Shown: piece by piece, positions 16,500-27,650 of the stretch
How positions within the stretch are numbered: position 1 is the first letter of the stretch
Layout of the letters: every line of letters begins with the position of its first letter
Source: Dickeya solani IPO 2222
GTDB taxonomy: Bacteria > Pseudomonadota > Gammaproteobacteria > Enterobacterales > Enterobacteriaceae
DNA length: 32,000 bases
Direction: 5' to 3'
Assembly (NCBI RefSeq): GCF_001644705.1
Contig: NZ_CP015137.1
Coordinates: forward strand, 1,590,001 to 1,622,000
Made by a program: the position numbers and the translations under genes
The notes under the pieces: model-generated
Told to the model about the DNA's origin: nothing
The model's database searches: none
The model's input: only the letters and a program-made list of their open reading frames with translations

Positions 16500-16680
16500 T
16501 CTGTTCCTGAGTGGGTCAGCGGGTGTAAATAAGGGTAATTTTTTTAAAATCACGGCCTAAATCAATAACAGGGCGTATTTCCCCCACTCGGTACGTTTCT
16601 GGCGTTATGCTTCGTCCATCAGCCGCTTCGCCCGACATTGGCGACGGCATCCTCTTCAGACCTGAGTCAAGGATATACGG

Positions 16681-18135
16681 ATGAAGACCAAAACCGCATA
16701 TGGCCTGAACTGGCTGGCGCTGCTCATCATTGTGATTGTGACCGCCTTTTTCTGGCAACTGACGCCGCCAACCGGGCTAAAACCCGCCGCCTGGCACTCC
16801 GCCGTACTGTTTGTCGCTACCATCATCAGCATCGTGGCGAGCGTGTTGCCGATCGGCGCCATCGGTATCATCAGCATTACGCTGTTTGCCCTCACCTACG
16901 CCGCCGGCGACACCAGCGCCAGCGCCGCCATCCAGACCGCGCTGAGTGACCTCAACAGCTCGCTTATCTGGTTGATCGTGGTGGCGTTCATGATTGCCCG
17001 CGGTTTTATCAAAACCGGCTTGGGTCGTCGCATCGCCTTACAAATGATCCGCCTGTTGGGCAAACGCACGCTAGGGCTGGCTTACGGTCTGGCATTCGCC
17101 GACCTGGTACTCTCGCCCGCCATGCCCAGCAACACCGCCCGCTGCGGCGGGGTGATTTACCCGATTGCCGATTCGCTGGCGCGCAGCTTTGACTCCAAAC
17201 CGGAAGACGCCTCCCGCAGCAAAATCGGCACCTTTCTGGTGACCTGCATCGGCAACGTCAACGACGTCACCGCCGCGCTGTTCATGACCGGCTACACCGG
17301 TAACCTGCTGGCGGTGAAACTGGCGGCCAACGCCGGCGTCACCATCACCTGGGGCAGTTGGTTCATCGCCGCCGTGGTGCCCTGCGTGATTTCCCTGCTG
17401 CTGGTGCCGCTGTGCGTCTACATGCTGGCGAAACCGGAAATTCGTCACACGCCGGATGCGCCGAAACTGGCGGTCGCCGAACTGGAAAAAATGGGAAGCA
17501 TGTCGCGCGGCGAGTGGCTGATGGCCGCCACCGTGGTGATCCTGCTGGTGCTGTGGATTTTCGGCGATCTGCTGGGCGTCGACGCGACTACCGCCTCGTT
17601 TGTCGGCCTCTCCTTCCTGCTGCTGACCGGCGTATTAAGCTGGGAAGACATCAAGAGCGAGAAAGGCGCATGGGATACGTTGATCTGGTTCGCCGCGTTG
17701 CTGATGATGGCTAACCAGTTGAAGAGACTGGGCTTCACTACCTGGTTTGGCGACCTGATCGGCAACAGCATCGGTCACCTGATGCAGGACACCAGCTGGG
17801 TGCTGGTGCTGCTGTTGCTTAACGCCGCCTACTTCTACACCCACTACTTTTTCGCCAGCGGCAACGCCCAAATCGCGGCGCTGTACGCGGTGTTCCTCGG
17901 CGTGGGCATTAACCTGCACATCCCGGCGGCACCGATGGCGCTGATGCTGGCGTTTACCAGCAGCCTGTACTGCTCGCTGACCCAGTACACCCACGCCCGC
18001 GGCCCGATTCTATTCGGCGCCGGCTACGTGCCCACCGCCGTCTGGTGGCGCACCGGCTTTGTCATCAGCCTGATCAATCAGGCGATCTTCATGTCCGCCG
18101 GTCTGTTGTGGTGGAAGGTGATCGGGCTTTACTGA
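16681..18135 (+). CDS. DASS-family anion (di/tricarboxylate-type) transporter, CitT/TtdT-like
   Basis: The ATG at 16681 follows AAGGA. The 484-aa polytopic membrane protein has family-typical blocks shared with E. coli CitT/TtdT as I recall them (GLGRRIAL, SPAMPSNTARCGGVIYPI, KPEI.HT, HYFFAS). The substrate cannot be inferred. Confidence 0.9.
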   Translation: MKTKTAYGLNWLALLIIVIVTAFFWQLTPPTGLKPAAWHSAVLFVATIISIVASVLPIGAIGIISITLFALTYAAGDTSASAAIQTALSDLNSSLIWLIVVAFMIARGFIKTGLGRRIALQMIRLLGKRTLGLAYGLAFADLVLSPAMPSNTARCGGVIYPIADSLARSFDSKPEDASRSKIGTFLVTCIGNVNDVTAALFMTGYTGNLLAVKLAANAGVTITWGSWFIAAVVPCVISLLLVPLCVYMLAKPEIRHTPDAPKLAVAELEKMGSMSRGEWLMAATVVILLVLWIFGDLLGVDATTASFVGLSFLLLTGVLSWEDIKSEKGAWDTLIWFAALLMMANQLKRLGFTTWFGDLIGNSIGHLMQDTSWVLVLLLLNAAYFYTHYFFASGNAQIAALYAVFLGVGINLHIPAAPMALMLAFTSSLYCSLTQYTHARGPILFGAGYVPTAVWWRTGFVISLINQAIFMSAGLLWWKVIGLY

Positions 18136-18149
18136 GTTTATTCGGCGTC

Positions 18150-18189
18150 AAAAAAACACCGGCCGGGTTATCCCGGCCGGTGTTTTTTA
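18150..18189. terminator. Bidirectional rho-independent terminator between the DASS gene and metH
   Basis: ACACCGGCCGGG (18156-18167) pairs with CCCGGCCGGTGT (18172-18183) around the loop TTAT. An A-run precedes it and a T-run follows, so it is symmetric on both strands. Confidence 0.9.
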
Positions 18190-18202
18190 TTATCCAAATG
18201 AA

Positions 18203-21200
18203 TCAGTCCGCATCATACCCCAGATTCGGCGCCAGCCAGCGCTCGATCTCCTCCACCGGCATTTGCTTGCGAGCGGCGTAGTCTTCCACCTGATCGCGCT
18301 GGATTTGCGCCACGGCGAAATACTTGCTGTCTGGGTGGCTAAAGTACCAGCCGGACACCGACGCGCCCGGCCACATGGCGTAGGACTCGGTGAGCGTCAT
18401 ACCGACGGTGTTATCCACGTCCAGCAGTTGCCAGATGGTCGCTTTCTCGGTGTGGTCCGGACAGGCCGGGTAACCCGGCGCCGGGCGGATACCCTGATAG
18501 TTTTCGCGGATCAGCGCGTCGTTGCCGAGGTTTTCGTTCGGCGCATAGCCCCAGTAGACCTTGCGCACCCGCTCGTGCAGGTACTCGGCGAAGGCTTCAG
18601 CCAGCCGGTCGGCCAGCGCTTTGAGCATAATCTTGTTGTAGTCGTCGTGCTGTGCTTCCCATTGTGCGGCCAGTTCGTCCTCTTCCAGCCCGCCGGTCAC
18701 CGCGAACGCACCGAAGTAATCCGGCTTGCCGCTGGCTTTCGGCGCCACAACATCCGCCAGACAGTAGTTGGGAAAATCGGTCTTTTCGGTTTGCTGGCGC
18801 AGATGATGGCTGACGGTCAGCACCTCGGTGCGGCGCTCGTCGGTATAGATTTCAATATCATCGCCCACCCGGTTGGCCGGGAACAGCCCCACCACCCCGC
18901 GCGGGTTCAGCGTGCCGCTGGCTGACAGAGTATCCAGCATGGCGTTAGCGTCGGCAAACAGGCGCGTGGCCTCCTCACCCACCACCTCGTCTTCAAGAAT
19001 GTTGGGGTATTTTCCCGCCAGCGACCAGGTCATAAAGAACGGCGTCCAGTCGATGTAATTACGTAATGTCTCGATGCTGGCGGAAACCGGCTGTACGCCG
19101 AGGCGGTGCGCCACCGGCGGCGTATAGCTCTCCCAGTCGATCGGCATGGCGTTGTCGCGCGCCACGCCCAACGCTACCGGCGGCGTGCGCGGTTTTTTGC
19201 GGCCGTGCTGGATGCGCACCGTCTCGTATTCTTTGCGGATGCGCGCCACAAAGTCGCCGCGTTGAGTATCCGATAACAGCGCCGACACTACGCCCACCGA
19301 ACGCGACGCATTCTGCACGTATACCGTCGGGCCGCTGTAATTCTGCTCGATCTTCACCGCGGTGTGTGCCTTGGAGGTGGTGGCACCGCCGATCAGCAGC
19401 GGCAGCGTAAAACCCTGGCGCTCCATCTCTTTGGCGGCGTTGACCATTTCATCCAGCGACGGGGTAATCAGCCCCGACAGGCCGATGATATCAACCTTCT
19501 CCTCGCGGGCGGTCTTGAGGATCTTATCGGTCGGCACCATCACGCCCAAATCGATAATTTCGTAGTTGTTGCACTGCAATACTACGCCGACGATATTCTT
19601 GCCAATGTCGTGTACGTCGCCCTTCACCGTCGCCAGCAGAATCTTGCCGGCGCTGGAACCCTGGTCTTGGCTGGCCTGAATGAACGGCTCCAGATACGCC
19701 ACCGCCTGCTTCATCACGCGTGCCGACTTCACCACCTGCGGCAGGAACATCTTACCGGCGCCGAACAGATCGCCGACCACGTTCATGCCATCCATCAGCG
19801 GCCCTTCGATCACTTCGATAGGGCGGGCTGACTGCGCCCGCGCCTCTTCGGTGTCCTGCTCGATAAATTCGGTAATGCCTTTGACCAGCGCGTATTCCAA
19901 CCGTTTTCTCACCGGCCAGCCACGCCATTCGGCCTCGGCTTTATTGCTGTCGTCATCGGATTTACTGCCGCGATACTTCTCGGCAATCGCCAGCATCCGT
20001 TCAGTGCCGTCGTCGCGCCGGTTGAGAATCACGTCTTCCACTGCGTCGCGCAGCTCGGCGGGCAAATCGTCGTAGATCGCCAGCTGACCGGCGTTGACGA
20101 TGCCCATGTCCATGCCGTTGCGGATAGCGTAATACAGGAACACGGCGTGAATCGCCTCGCGCACCGGTTCGTTGCCACGAAACGAGAACGACACGTTGGA
20201 CACGCCGCCGGAAATCATCGCGTGCGGCAGTTGGGCTTTGATGTCGGCGCAGGCCTCGATAAAGTCCACCGCATAATTGTTGTGCTCGTCAATGCCGGTA
20301 GCGACGGCAAAAATGTTCGGGTCGAAAATGATGTCTTCCGGCGGAAAACCGATTTCTTCGGTCAGAATGCGGTAGGCACGGCGGCAAATCTCAATCTTGC
20401 GCGCGCGGGTATCCGCCTGCCCCACTTCGTCAAACGCCATCACCACCACCGCGGCGCCGTAACGGCGCACCAGACGGGCATGATGCACAAAGGCGTCTAC
20501 GCCTTCTTTCATGGAAATGGAGTTGACGATGCCTTTGCCCTGAATGCACTTCAACCCGGCTTCCACCACCTCCCACTTGGAGGAGTCGATCATGATCGGC
20601 ACACGGGCGATATCCGGCTCGCCGGCGATCAGGTTAAGGAAACGCACCATCGCCGCTTCGGCGTTGAGCATGCCCTCGTCCATGTTGATGTCGATTATCT
20701 GCGCGCCGCTTTCCACCTGCTGGCGCGCCACATCCAGCGCTTCGTTGTACTTTTCTTCTTTGATCAGGCGTTTGAATTTAGCGGAGCCGGTGACGTTGGT
20801 GCGTTCGCCGACGTTAACGAACAGCGTGTCGTCGCCGATGTTCAGCGGCTCCAGCCCAGACAAGCGGCAGGCCACCGGCAGCGTCGGCAACGCGCGCGGC
20901 GCCACGCCGTCAACGGCTTTGACCATCGCGGCAATGTGCTCAGGCGTGGTGCCGCAGCACCCGCCGATAATGTTCAGGAAACCGGACTGCGCCCATTCAC
21001 CGATTTGACGCGCCATCTCATCGGCGTCCAGATCGTATTCGCCGAAGGCATTCGGCAACCCGGCGTTGGGGTGCGCGGTCACATAGCACTCGGCGATGCG
21101 CGACAACTCCGCCACGTACTGGCGTAGTTCGTCCGGCCCCAGCGCGCAGTTAAGGCCGAATGACAACGGCCGGGCGTGGCGCAGCGAGTTATAAAACGCT

Positions 21201-21889
21201 TCGGTGGTTTGCCCGGACAAGGTTCGGCCGGAGGCATCGGTAATGGTGCCGGAGAGCATCACCGGCAGCGTGACGCCCAACGCCTCGAATTCGGTTTCCA
21301 CCGCGAAAATGGCGGCTTTAGCGTTCAGGGTGTCAAAGATGGTTTCGATCAGGATGATATCAACGCCGCCTTCAACCAACGCGCGGGTTGACTCACGGTA
21401 CGCTTCCACCAGTTGGTCGAAGCTAACATTACGGTACGCCGGGTCGTTCACGTCCGGCGAGATCGACGCGGTACGGTTGGTCGGCCCCAGCACCCCGGCA
21501 ACATAGCGCGGGTGCTCCGGCGTGCGCGCCGTCCATTCATCGGCGCAGGCGCGCGCCAGCCGGGCGGCAACGGTATTGATTTCCGCCGACAGCGCTTCCA
21601 TCTCGTAGTCGGCCATCGCGATGCGGGTGGCATTGAAGGTGTTGGTTTCCAGAATATCCGCGCCCGCCGCCAGATAATCGTTATGAATGGCGGTGATCAC
21701 CTCCGGCTTACTCAGCACCAGCAGGTCGTTATTACCTTTCAGGTCGCAGTGCCAGTCGGCAAAGCGTTCGCCGCGGTAATCCTCTTCCTGCAGACGGTAA
21801 CTCTGGATCATGGTGCCCATGCCGCCGTCCAGAATCATAATGCGTTGCGCCAGTTGCTGCTGTAATGCCTGTAGCCGATTTGCCATCAT
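18203..21889 (-). CDS. metH: Cobalamin-dependent methionine synthase
   Basis: ORF 18203..21997 is trimmed to the ATG at 21889, giving 1228 aa (E. coli MetH is 1227 aa). The product has [11 protein letters not shown] at the N-terminus, the B12-binding motif [11 protein letters not shown], and a C-terminal AdoMet-activation domain. The 36-codon upstream extension has no homology support. Confidence 0.97.
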   Translation of the reverse strand: MMANRLQALQQQLAQRIMILDGGMGTMIQSYRLQEEDYRGERFADWHCDLKGNNDLLVLSKPEVITAIHNDYLAAGADILETNTFNATRIAMADYEMEALSAEINTVAARLARACADEWTARTPEHPRYVAGVLGPTNRTASISPDVNDPAYRNVSFDQLVEAYRESTRALVEGGVDIILIETIFDTLNAKAAIFAVETEFEALGVTLPVMLSGTITDASGRTLSGQTTEAFYNSLRHARPLSFGLNCALGPDELRQYVAELSRIAECYVTAHPNAGLPNAFGEYDLDADEMARQIGEWAQSGFLNIIGGCCGTTPEHIAAMVKAVDGVAPRALPTLPVACRLSGLEPLNIGDDTLFVNVGERTNVTGSAKFKRLIKEEKYNEALDVARQQVESGAQIIDINMDEGMLNAEAAMVRFLNLIAGEPDIARVPIMIDSSKWEVVEAGLKCIQGKGIVNSISMKEGVDAFVHHARLVRRYGAAVVVMAFDEVGQADTRARKIEICRRAYRILTEEIGFPPEDIIFDPNIFAVATGIDEHNNYAVDFIEACADIKAQLPHAMISGGVSNVSFSFRGNEPVREAIHAVFLYYAIRNGMDMGIVNAGQLAIYDDLPAELRDAVEDVILNRRDDGTERMLAIAEKYRGSKSDDDSNKAEAEWRGWPVRKRLEYALVKGITEFIEQDTEEARAQSARPIEVIEGPLMDGMNVVGDLFGAGKMFLPQVVKSARVMKQAVAYLEPFIQASQDQGSSAGKILLATVKGDVHDIGKNIVGVVLQCNNYEIIDLGVMVPTDKILKTAREEKVDIIGLSGLITPSLDEMVNAAKEMERQGFTLPLLIGGATTSKAHTAVKIEQNYSGPTVYVQNASRSVGVVSALLSDTQRGDFVARIRKEYETVRIQHGRKKPRTPPVALGVARDNAMPIDWESYTPPVAHRLGVQPVSASIETLRNYIDWTPFFMTWSLAGKYPNILEDEVVGEEATRLFADANAMLDTLSASGTLNPRGVVGLFPANRVGDDIEIYTDERRTEVLTVSHHLRQQTEKTDFPNYCLADVVAPKASGKPDYFGAFAVTGGLEEDELAAQWEAQHDDYNKIMLKALADRLAEAFAEYLHERVRKVYWGYAPNENLGNDALIRENYQGIRPAPGYPACPDHTEKATIWQLLDVDNTVGMTLTESYAMWPGASVSGWYFSHPDSKYFAVAQIQRDQVEDYAARKQMPVEEIERWLAPNLGYDAD

Positions 21890-22050
21890 CTTATTCTCGT
21901 TATCACCCTCGTCTGTGCGAACCCTTATCCTAGCACAACAGCCTGTCGCGCCAGCGCAGTGCGCTGTTGATAAAACCGCCTGACAAGACGGTTGCATTCT
22001 GCGCTAAAAAAACGAAAATCGATTCCATGATATGAAAAAGGAAATCGACG

Positions 22051-22878
22051 ATGACGCCACCCGAACCCGCCAAACGCGGCAAAAAACCCCGCGCGGCTGC
22101 CAGCCCCGCTCAACCTGCCGGGCAGGTACAGTCGCTAACCCGCGGACTGACGCTGCTGGAATACATCGCCAAAGCCAACGGCAGCATCGCGCTGACCGAT
22201 CTGGCTCAACAGGCGGGCTTGCCCAACTCCACCACCCACCGGTTGCTGACCACCATGCAACAGCAGGGGTTCGTGCGCCAGGTCGGCGATTTGGGATTGT
22301 GGACCATCGGAACCCATGCCTTCATCGTCGGCAGCAGCTTTCTGCAAAGCCGTAATCTGCTCAGTCTGGTGCACCCGATGTTGCGTCAGTTGATGGAGAG
22401 TTCAGGGGAGACGGTGAATCTGGCGGTGCTGGATCAGAGTGATTATCAGGCCATCATCATCGATCAGGTGCAGTGCACCGCGTTGATGCGCATGTCCGCG
22501 CCGATCGGCGGCAAACTGCCGATGCACGCGTCCGGCGCCGGCAAAGCGTTCCTCGCCATGCTGCCGGACGACAACATCACCCAACTGCTGCACCGCAAAG
22601 GGCTACACAGCTATACCCCGCATACCCTCAGCGCTCAGACGCTGAAGGAAAACCTGACCAGCATTCGCCGCCAGGGCTACGCGCTGGACGATGAGGAACA
22701 CGCGCTGGGCTTGCGCTGTGTCGCCGCCTGCATTCTGGACGAACACCACGAGGCGTTTGCCGCCATCTCCATTTCCGGGCCGGTATCCCGCATCACCGAC
22801 GATCGCATCACTGAACTGGGCGCGCTGGTGATCAAGGCGGCGAAAGAGATCACCTACCAGTACGGCGGTGCACGCTGA
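22051..22878 (+). CDS. iclR: Glyoxylate-shunt repressor IclR
   Basis: The 275-aa product closely matches E. coli IclR, including a long stretch identical to my recollection: GQVQSLTRGL.LLE ... LAQQAGLPNSTTHRLLTTMQQQGFVRQVG. Confidence 0.97.
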   Translation: MTPPEPAKRGKKPRAAASPAQPAGQVQSLTRGLTLLEYIAKANGSIALTDLAQQAGLPNSTTHRLLTTMQQQGFVRQVGDLGLWTIGTHAFIVGSSFLQSRNLLSLVHPMLRQLMESSGETVNLAVLDQSDYQAIIIDQVQCTALMRMSAPIGGKLPMHASGAGKAFLAMLPDDNITQLLHRKGLHSYTPHTLSAQTLKENLTSIRRQGYALDDEEHALGLRCVAACILDEHHEAFAAISISGPVSRITDDRITELGALVIKAAKEITYQYGGAR

Positions 22879-22887
22879 CCGCCGGTG

Positions 22888-24645
22888 TTATGACGTCAGC
22901 GCATTCGCTGACGTTACCGGGTCGGCATAACGTAAGCTGAAGCGTTTTCTGCGCCGGTAAGCGTAGACATCCTCAATATGGCCGTCGCGAATTCGCTGCT
23001 GCAACGCCCGCCAGTAGTCAGCCCGAAACAGGTCGCGGTGCAGCTCTTCAAACAGCGGCAGCAAGCGGCGATCGCTGCACAGAAACTGGCGGAACTCTTC
23101 CGGAAACACATCATTCGGCCCGACGCTATACCAGGGCTCCGCCGCCAGTTCATCCGCCGGGTCGCGGGGCGGCGGAATATCGCGGAAATTCACCTCGGTC
23201 ATGTAGCAGATTTCGTCGTAGTCATAAAACACCACCCGACCGTGGCGGGTGACGCCGAAGTTCTTGAACAGCATATCGCCGGGGAAGATATTGGCCGCCG
23301 CCAGTTGCCGAATGGCGTTGCCGTACTCGTCGATAACATCGCGCAGCGCCTGCCCGCCGACCTGTTCCAGATAGAGATTCAGCGGCGTCATGCGCCGTTC
23401 CATGTACAGGTGGCGGATCACCAGCCGGTCGCCAAGATCCTCCAGTTTGTCCGGCACTTCCCGCCATAGCTCCCCCAATAGCTCCGGGCTGATGCGCGCT
23501 TTCTCCAGCACGAAGTTTTCATACTCCTGGGTATCCGCCATGCGTCCGACGCGATCATGCTCCTTCACCAGCCGGTAGCACTCCCGCACCCGCGCTTCAC
23601 TGACCTCTTTTTGCGGCGCAAACCGATCCTTGATCACCTTGAATACCCGGTCGAAAGTCGGCAACGTGAACACCAGCATCACCATCCCTTTCACACCCGG
23701 TGCGGTAATGAACGGCTCCGGCGTACTGGCGACGAAATCGAGATACTCCCGGTAGTACTCGGTCTTGCTGTGCTTCTGGCAGCCGATCGCCAGATACAGC
23801 TCCGCGGTGGTTTTACCCGGCAATATCTCCCGCAGCCAGGCCACCAGCGCCGACGGCAGCGGCGCGTAAACCATAAAGTAGGAACGGGCGAAGCCAAACA
23901 CAATACTGGCATCCGCATGGCGGGTCAGGCAGGTATCGATAAACAGCGCGCCGCGCTCGTTGTGGTGAATCGGCAGCAAAAACGGAAACACGCCGCCCGG
24001 CAAACGCAGTTTTCCGACCAGCCAGGCCGCCTTGTTGCGGTAAAACAGCTCGTTCGCCACCTGCAACGAAGCGTTCGCCAGCGACGCCGCCGGGAACGCT
24101 TCCCGCAGCGACCGCACCACATAGCCGATGTCCCGCGCCAGGTCTTCCCACGGCAACCGCAGCGGCAAAGCGGTCAGCACCGCTTCCAGCATCGCGGGCC
24201 AGCCGCTGTCGGGCTGATAAGTACGAGCCAGCGGACGTGGGATCTCCTGAAAGCGTCGCGCCGGCTGCGAACTGAACACAAACAGTTTGTCCGGCGTCAG
24301 CTCGCGGTGATTAAACAACCGGCAATACACCGAGTTGAAAAAGCTCTCTGCAATTTCGAAGCGCGGATAGTCCGGCAACAGTGCGGTATAAATCTGTTTG
24401 ACCCGCGCGATAAACGCCGCGTCATAACACAGCCGGTCGGTGATGCAGCCCAGTTGCTCCACCACCAGCCCGACATGATGGTCATAAAGCTGGATGCGCT
24501 GCTTCATCGCCTGCTGCACCGCGTGCCAGTCCGCCTGCTCGAAGCGCTGCTGCGCCCCGGCGGTGACCTCCAGAAACCGGCCGTACTGCGCATCGAACCC
24601 TTGCAGAATGGTCTGCGCCACCAGTTGTTCCCGTCCCCGACTCAT
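22888..24645 (-). CDS. aceK: Isocitrate dehydrogenase kinase/phosphatase
   Basis: The 585-aa product is collinear with E. coli AceK ([65 protein letters not shown]). Confidence 0.97.
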   Translation of the reverse strand: MSRGREQLVAQTILQGFDAQYGRFLEVTAGAQQRFEQADWHAVQQAMKQRIQLYDHHVGLVVEQLGCITDRLCYDAAFIARVKQIYTALLPDYPRFEIAESFFNSVYCRLFNHRELTPDKLFVFSSQPARRFQEIPRPLARTYQPDSGWPAMLEAVLTALPLRLPWEDLARDIGYVVRSLREAFPAASLANASLQVANELFYRNKAAWLVGKLRLPGGVFPFLLPIHHNERGALFIDTCLTRHADASIVFGFARSYFMVYAPLPSALVAWLREILPGKTTAELYLAIGCQKHSKTEYYREYLDFVASTPEPFITAPGVKGMVMLVFTLPTFDRVFKVIKDRFAPQKEVSEARVRECYRLVKEHDRVGRMADTQEYENFVLEKARISPELLGELWREVPDKLEDLGDRLVIRHLYMERRMTPLNLYLEQVGGQALRDVIDEYGNAIRQLAAANIFPGDMLFKNFGVTRHGRVVFYDYDEICYMTEVNFRDIPPPRDPADELAAEPWYSVGPNDVFPEEFRQFLCSDRRLLPLFEELHRDLFRADYWRALQQRIRDGHIEDVYAYRRRKRFSLRYADPVTSANALTS

Positions 24646-24720
24646 CCACCTCTCCCCTAACGCCGTCGATTTAACGTAATGCGGCCAACATCAGGCTGGC
24701 CGCTTCACCGTCTGGAGGGT

Positions 24721-26028
24721 TCAGAACTGCTGTTCTTCCGTCGAACCGGTCAACGCGGTGACGGACGACGCGCCGCCCTGAATCAGGGTGGTCACCTTGT
24801 CGAAATAACCGGTGCCCACTTCCTGCTGGTGAGACGAGAAGGTGTACCCTTCTTTAATGGCCGCAAATTCCGGCTGCTGCACCTTCTCCACGTAGTGCTT
24901 CATGCCTTCACCCTGCGCATAGGCATGCGCCAGGTCAAACATGTTGAACCACATGCTGTGGATACCCGCCAGCGTGATGAACTGGTATTTGTAGCCCATC
25001 GCCGACAGTTCATCCTGAAAACGGGCGATGGTGCGATCGTCCAGATTCTTCTTCCAGTTGAATGACGGCGAGCAGTTGTAGGCCAGCAGCTTGCCGGGGA
25101 AACGGGCGTGAATCGCCTCGGCGAAACGCCGTGCCAGCGCCAGATCGGGCGTTGAGGTTTCACACCACACCAGATCAGCGTAAGGCGCGTACGCCAGCCC
25201 GCGGCTGATCGCCTGCTCCACCCCGGCGCGGGTACGGTAAAACCCTTCCACCGTGCGTTCGCCGGTGACGAAGTCCCGATCGTAATCATCGCAATCCGAG
25301 GTCAGCAGGTCGGCGGCGTCAGCGTCGGTACGCGCCACCAGCAAGGTCGGCACGCCCAGCACGTCCGCCGCCAGCCGGGCCGCCACCAGTTTCTGCACCG
25401 CCTCCTGCGTCGGCACCAGCACCTTGCCGCCCATATGGCCGCACTTCTTCACCGACGCCAGTTGGTCTTCAAAATGGACAGCGGCGGCGCCCGCTTCAAT
25501 CATCGATTTCATCAGCTCAAACGCATTCAGCACCCCGCCGAAACCGGCTTCCGCATCCGCCACGATCGGCAAAAAGTAGTCGGTGTAACGCGGGTCATCC
25601 TGCCCTATGCCGTTGGCCCACTGGATTTGATCCGCACGCCGGAAAGTATTGTTGATACGCTGCACCACCGCCGGCACCGAGTTGGACGGATAGAGCGACT
25701 GGTCCGGATACATGCTGGCGGCCAGGTTGGCGTCCGCCGCCACCTGCCAGCCGGACAGATACACCGCTTCCAGCCCGGCCTTTGCCTGCTGCAACGCCTG
25801 CCCGCCGGTGAGCGCGCCAAGGCAGTTGATATAGCCTTTGCGCGACGAGCCGTTCAGCAAGGCCCACAATTTTTCCGCGCCCAGCTGCGCCAGGGTACAA
25901 ACGGGATTTACCGACCCGCGCAGATTCACCACATCTTCCGCGCGATACGGGCGGGTAATGCCTTTCCAGCGCGGCGTGTTCCACTCTTGTTCCAGTTGCT
26001 CGATTTGTTGGGTACGAGAGGTGCTCAT
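24721..26028 (-). CDS. aceA: Isocitrate lyase
   Basis: The 435-aa product carries the active-site motif KKCGHMGGK and is collinear with E. coli AceA. Confidence 0.98.
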   Translation of the reverse strand: MSTSRTQQIEQLEQEWNTPRWKGITRPYRAEDVVNLRGSVNPVCTLAQLGAEKLWALLNGSSRKGYINCLGALTGGQALQQAKAGLEAVYLSGWQVAADANLAASMYPDQSLYPSNSVPAVVQRINNTFRRADQIQWANGIGQDDPRYTDYFLPIVADAEAGFGGVLNAFELMKSMIEAGAAAVHFEDQLASVKKCGHMGGKVLVPTQEAVQKLVAARLAADVLGVPTLLVARTDADAADLLTSDCDDYDRDFVTGERTVEGFYRTRAGVEQAISRGLAYAPYADLVWCETSTPDLALARRFAEAIHARFPGKLLAYNCSPSFNWKKNLDDRTIARFQDELSAMGYKYQFITLAGIHSMWFNMFDLAHAYAQGEGMKHYVEKVQQPEFAAIKEGYTFSSHQQEVGTGYFDKVTTLIQGGASSVTALTGSTEEQQF

Positions 26029-26051
26029 AGCGATTCCTTTTTTAAACAGGA

Positions 26052-27650
26052 TTAATCAAGTAAGTCGTAACCGGGTAAGGTGAGGAAATCGATTAACGCG
26101 TCCTGCGTGGTGATGCGTTCCATCAGTCGGGCGGCTTCCTCGAAACGGCCGCCGTCGAAGCGGGCATCGCCCAGCTCAACACGGATAACCTGCATCTCTT
26201 CGACCAGCATCTGGCGAAACAGCACCTTGGTCACCACCCGACCGTCACTGAGGGTTTTACCGTGGTGGATCCACTGCCAGATTGAGGTACGGGAGATTTC
26301 GGCGGTGGCGGCATCCTCCATCAGCCCGTAAATCGGCACACAGCCGTTGCCGGAAATCCAGGCTTCGATGTATTGCACCGCTACGCGGATATTGGCGCGC
26401 ATGCCGGCTTCGGTGCGTTCTCCCGGACAAGGCGCCAACAGTTCGTCGGCGGTCACCGGCGCATCGGCTTCACGCAGCATATCCAGTTGATTGGGCCGAT
26501 CGCCCAGCAGGCGATCGAACACCGGCATCACCGTATCAGCCAGTCCGGGGTGAGCAATCCAGGTGCCGTCATGACCATTGCGGCCCTCCAGCTCCTTGTC
26601 CTGCCGCACTTTCTCCTGCACCCAGGCGTTGCGCTCCGCGTCTTTGCTGGGAATAAACGCGGCCATTCCGCCCATCGCAAACGCGCCGCGCCGGTGGCAG
26701 GTTTTGATCAGCAAGCGCGAATAGGCATTCAGAAACGGTTTGTCCATCGTCACCGACTGGCGATCCGGCAATACCCGGTCCGGATGATTTTTCAACGTCT
26801 TGATGTAACTGAAGATATAGTCCCAGCGGCCGCAATTCAGCCCAACAATGTGGTCACGCAGGTGATAGAGAATTTCGTCCATCTGGAACACAGCGGGCAG
26901 GGTTTCAATCAAGATGGTGGCTTTGATGGTGCCGCGCGTCAGGCCAAAATGGTCCTCGGTGTAACTGAATACCTCACCCCACCAGGCGGCTTCCTGCCAG
27001 GATTGGGTTTTCGGCAGATAGAAATAGGGACCGCTACCTTTTGCCAGTAGCTGACGGTAGTTGTGGAAAAAATAGAGTGCGAAATCGAACAGACTGCCGG
27101 GGATAGATTCATCGTTCCACAACACGTGTTTTTCCGGCAGGTGCAGACCTCGCACCCGGCAGATCAACACCGCCGGGTCGGGTTTGAGCTGATAAATCTT
27201 TCCCGCCTCGCTGGTGTAGGTGATGGTGCCGCGCACGGCATCCCGCAAGTTGATTTGCCCCTCAATCACTTTCGACCAACTGGGCGCCAGTGAATCTTCA
27301 AAGTCCGCCATAAAGACTTTCACGTTGGCATTCAGGGCGTTAATTACCATTTTTCGTTCCACCGGGCCGGTAATCTCTACCCGGCGATCCAGCAGGTCAG
27401 TTGGAATACCACGAATCTTCCAGTCGGATTTACTTATGGAATCCATTTCCGAAATAAAACCGGGTAGTTCCCCGTTATCAATTCGCGCCTGTGCCGCCTG
27501 ACGCTCCGCCAGTAAGCGGTTACGCTGCGGTGTGAACCGGCTGACCAGCGCCGTGAGAAAACCCACCGCCTCCGCCGTCAGAATCTGCCGTTCTTCCTCA
27601 CCAAATGCGGTGGTGAACACCAATTCCCTACTTATCGTCTGTTGTGTCAT
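26052..27650 (-). CDS. aceB: Malate synthase A
   Basis: ORF 26052..27716 is trimmed to the ATG at 27650 (cat at 27648-27650). The 532-aa product [13 protein letters not shown]... parallels E. coli AceB (533 aa), e.g. [35 protein letters not shown]. Confidence 0.96.
   Translation of the reverse strand: MTQQTISRELVFTTAFGEEERQILTAEAVGFLTALVSRFTPQRNRLLAERQAAQARIDNGELPGFISEMDSISKSDWKIRGIPTDLLDRRVEITGPVERKMVINALNANVKVFMADFEDSLAPSWSKVIEGQINLRDAVRGTITYTSEAGKIYQLKPDPAVLICRVRGLHLPEKHVLWNDESIPGSLFDFALYFFHNYRQLLAKGSGPYFYLPKTQSWQEAAWWGEVFSYTEDHFGLTRGTIKATILIETLPAVFQMDEILYHLRDHIVGLNCGRWDYIFSYIKTLKNHPDRVLPDRQSVTMDKPFLNAYSRLLIKTCHRRGAFAMGGMAAFIPSKDAERNAWVQEKVRQDKELEGRNGHDGTWIAHPGLADTVMPVFDRLLGDRPNQLDMLREADAPVTADELLAPCPGERTEAGMRANIRVAVQYIEAWISGNGCVPIYGLMEDAATAEISRTSIWQWIHHGKTLSDGRVVTKVLFRQMLVEEMQVIRVELGDARFDGGRFEEAARLMERITTQDALIDFLTLPGYDLLD

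Noticed and set aside
21890-21997. N-terminal extensions suggested by the ORF track: metH +36 codons, aceB 27651-27716 +22 codons, epmA 1614-1673 +20 codons, yjeI 8326-8382 +19 codons, and GH26 8481-8591 +37 codons
   Set aside because: In each case an internal start reproduces the N-terminus and length of the E. coli orthologue, or exposes a signal peptide or lipobox, and has a better RBS. The extensions are Cys/Arg-rich and implausible.
21890-22050. A cobalamin riboswitch upstream of metH
   Set aside because: The intergenic region is only 161 bp, is shared with the iclR promoter, and lacks the B12-box (GCCACTG-type) core. B12 riboswitches are expected on metE and btuB rather than metH.
23557-24660. 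A 367-aa ORF antisense to aceK, with similar cases at 22978..23469 and 23813..24151
   Set aside because: This is the same artefact. The product is rich in R, Q, P and H with no recognisable motif, and aceK on the other strand is collinear with the E. coli protein.
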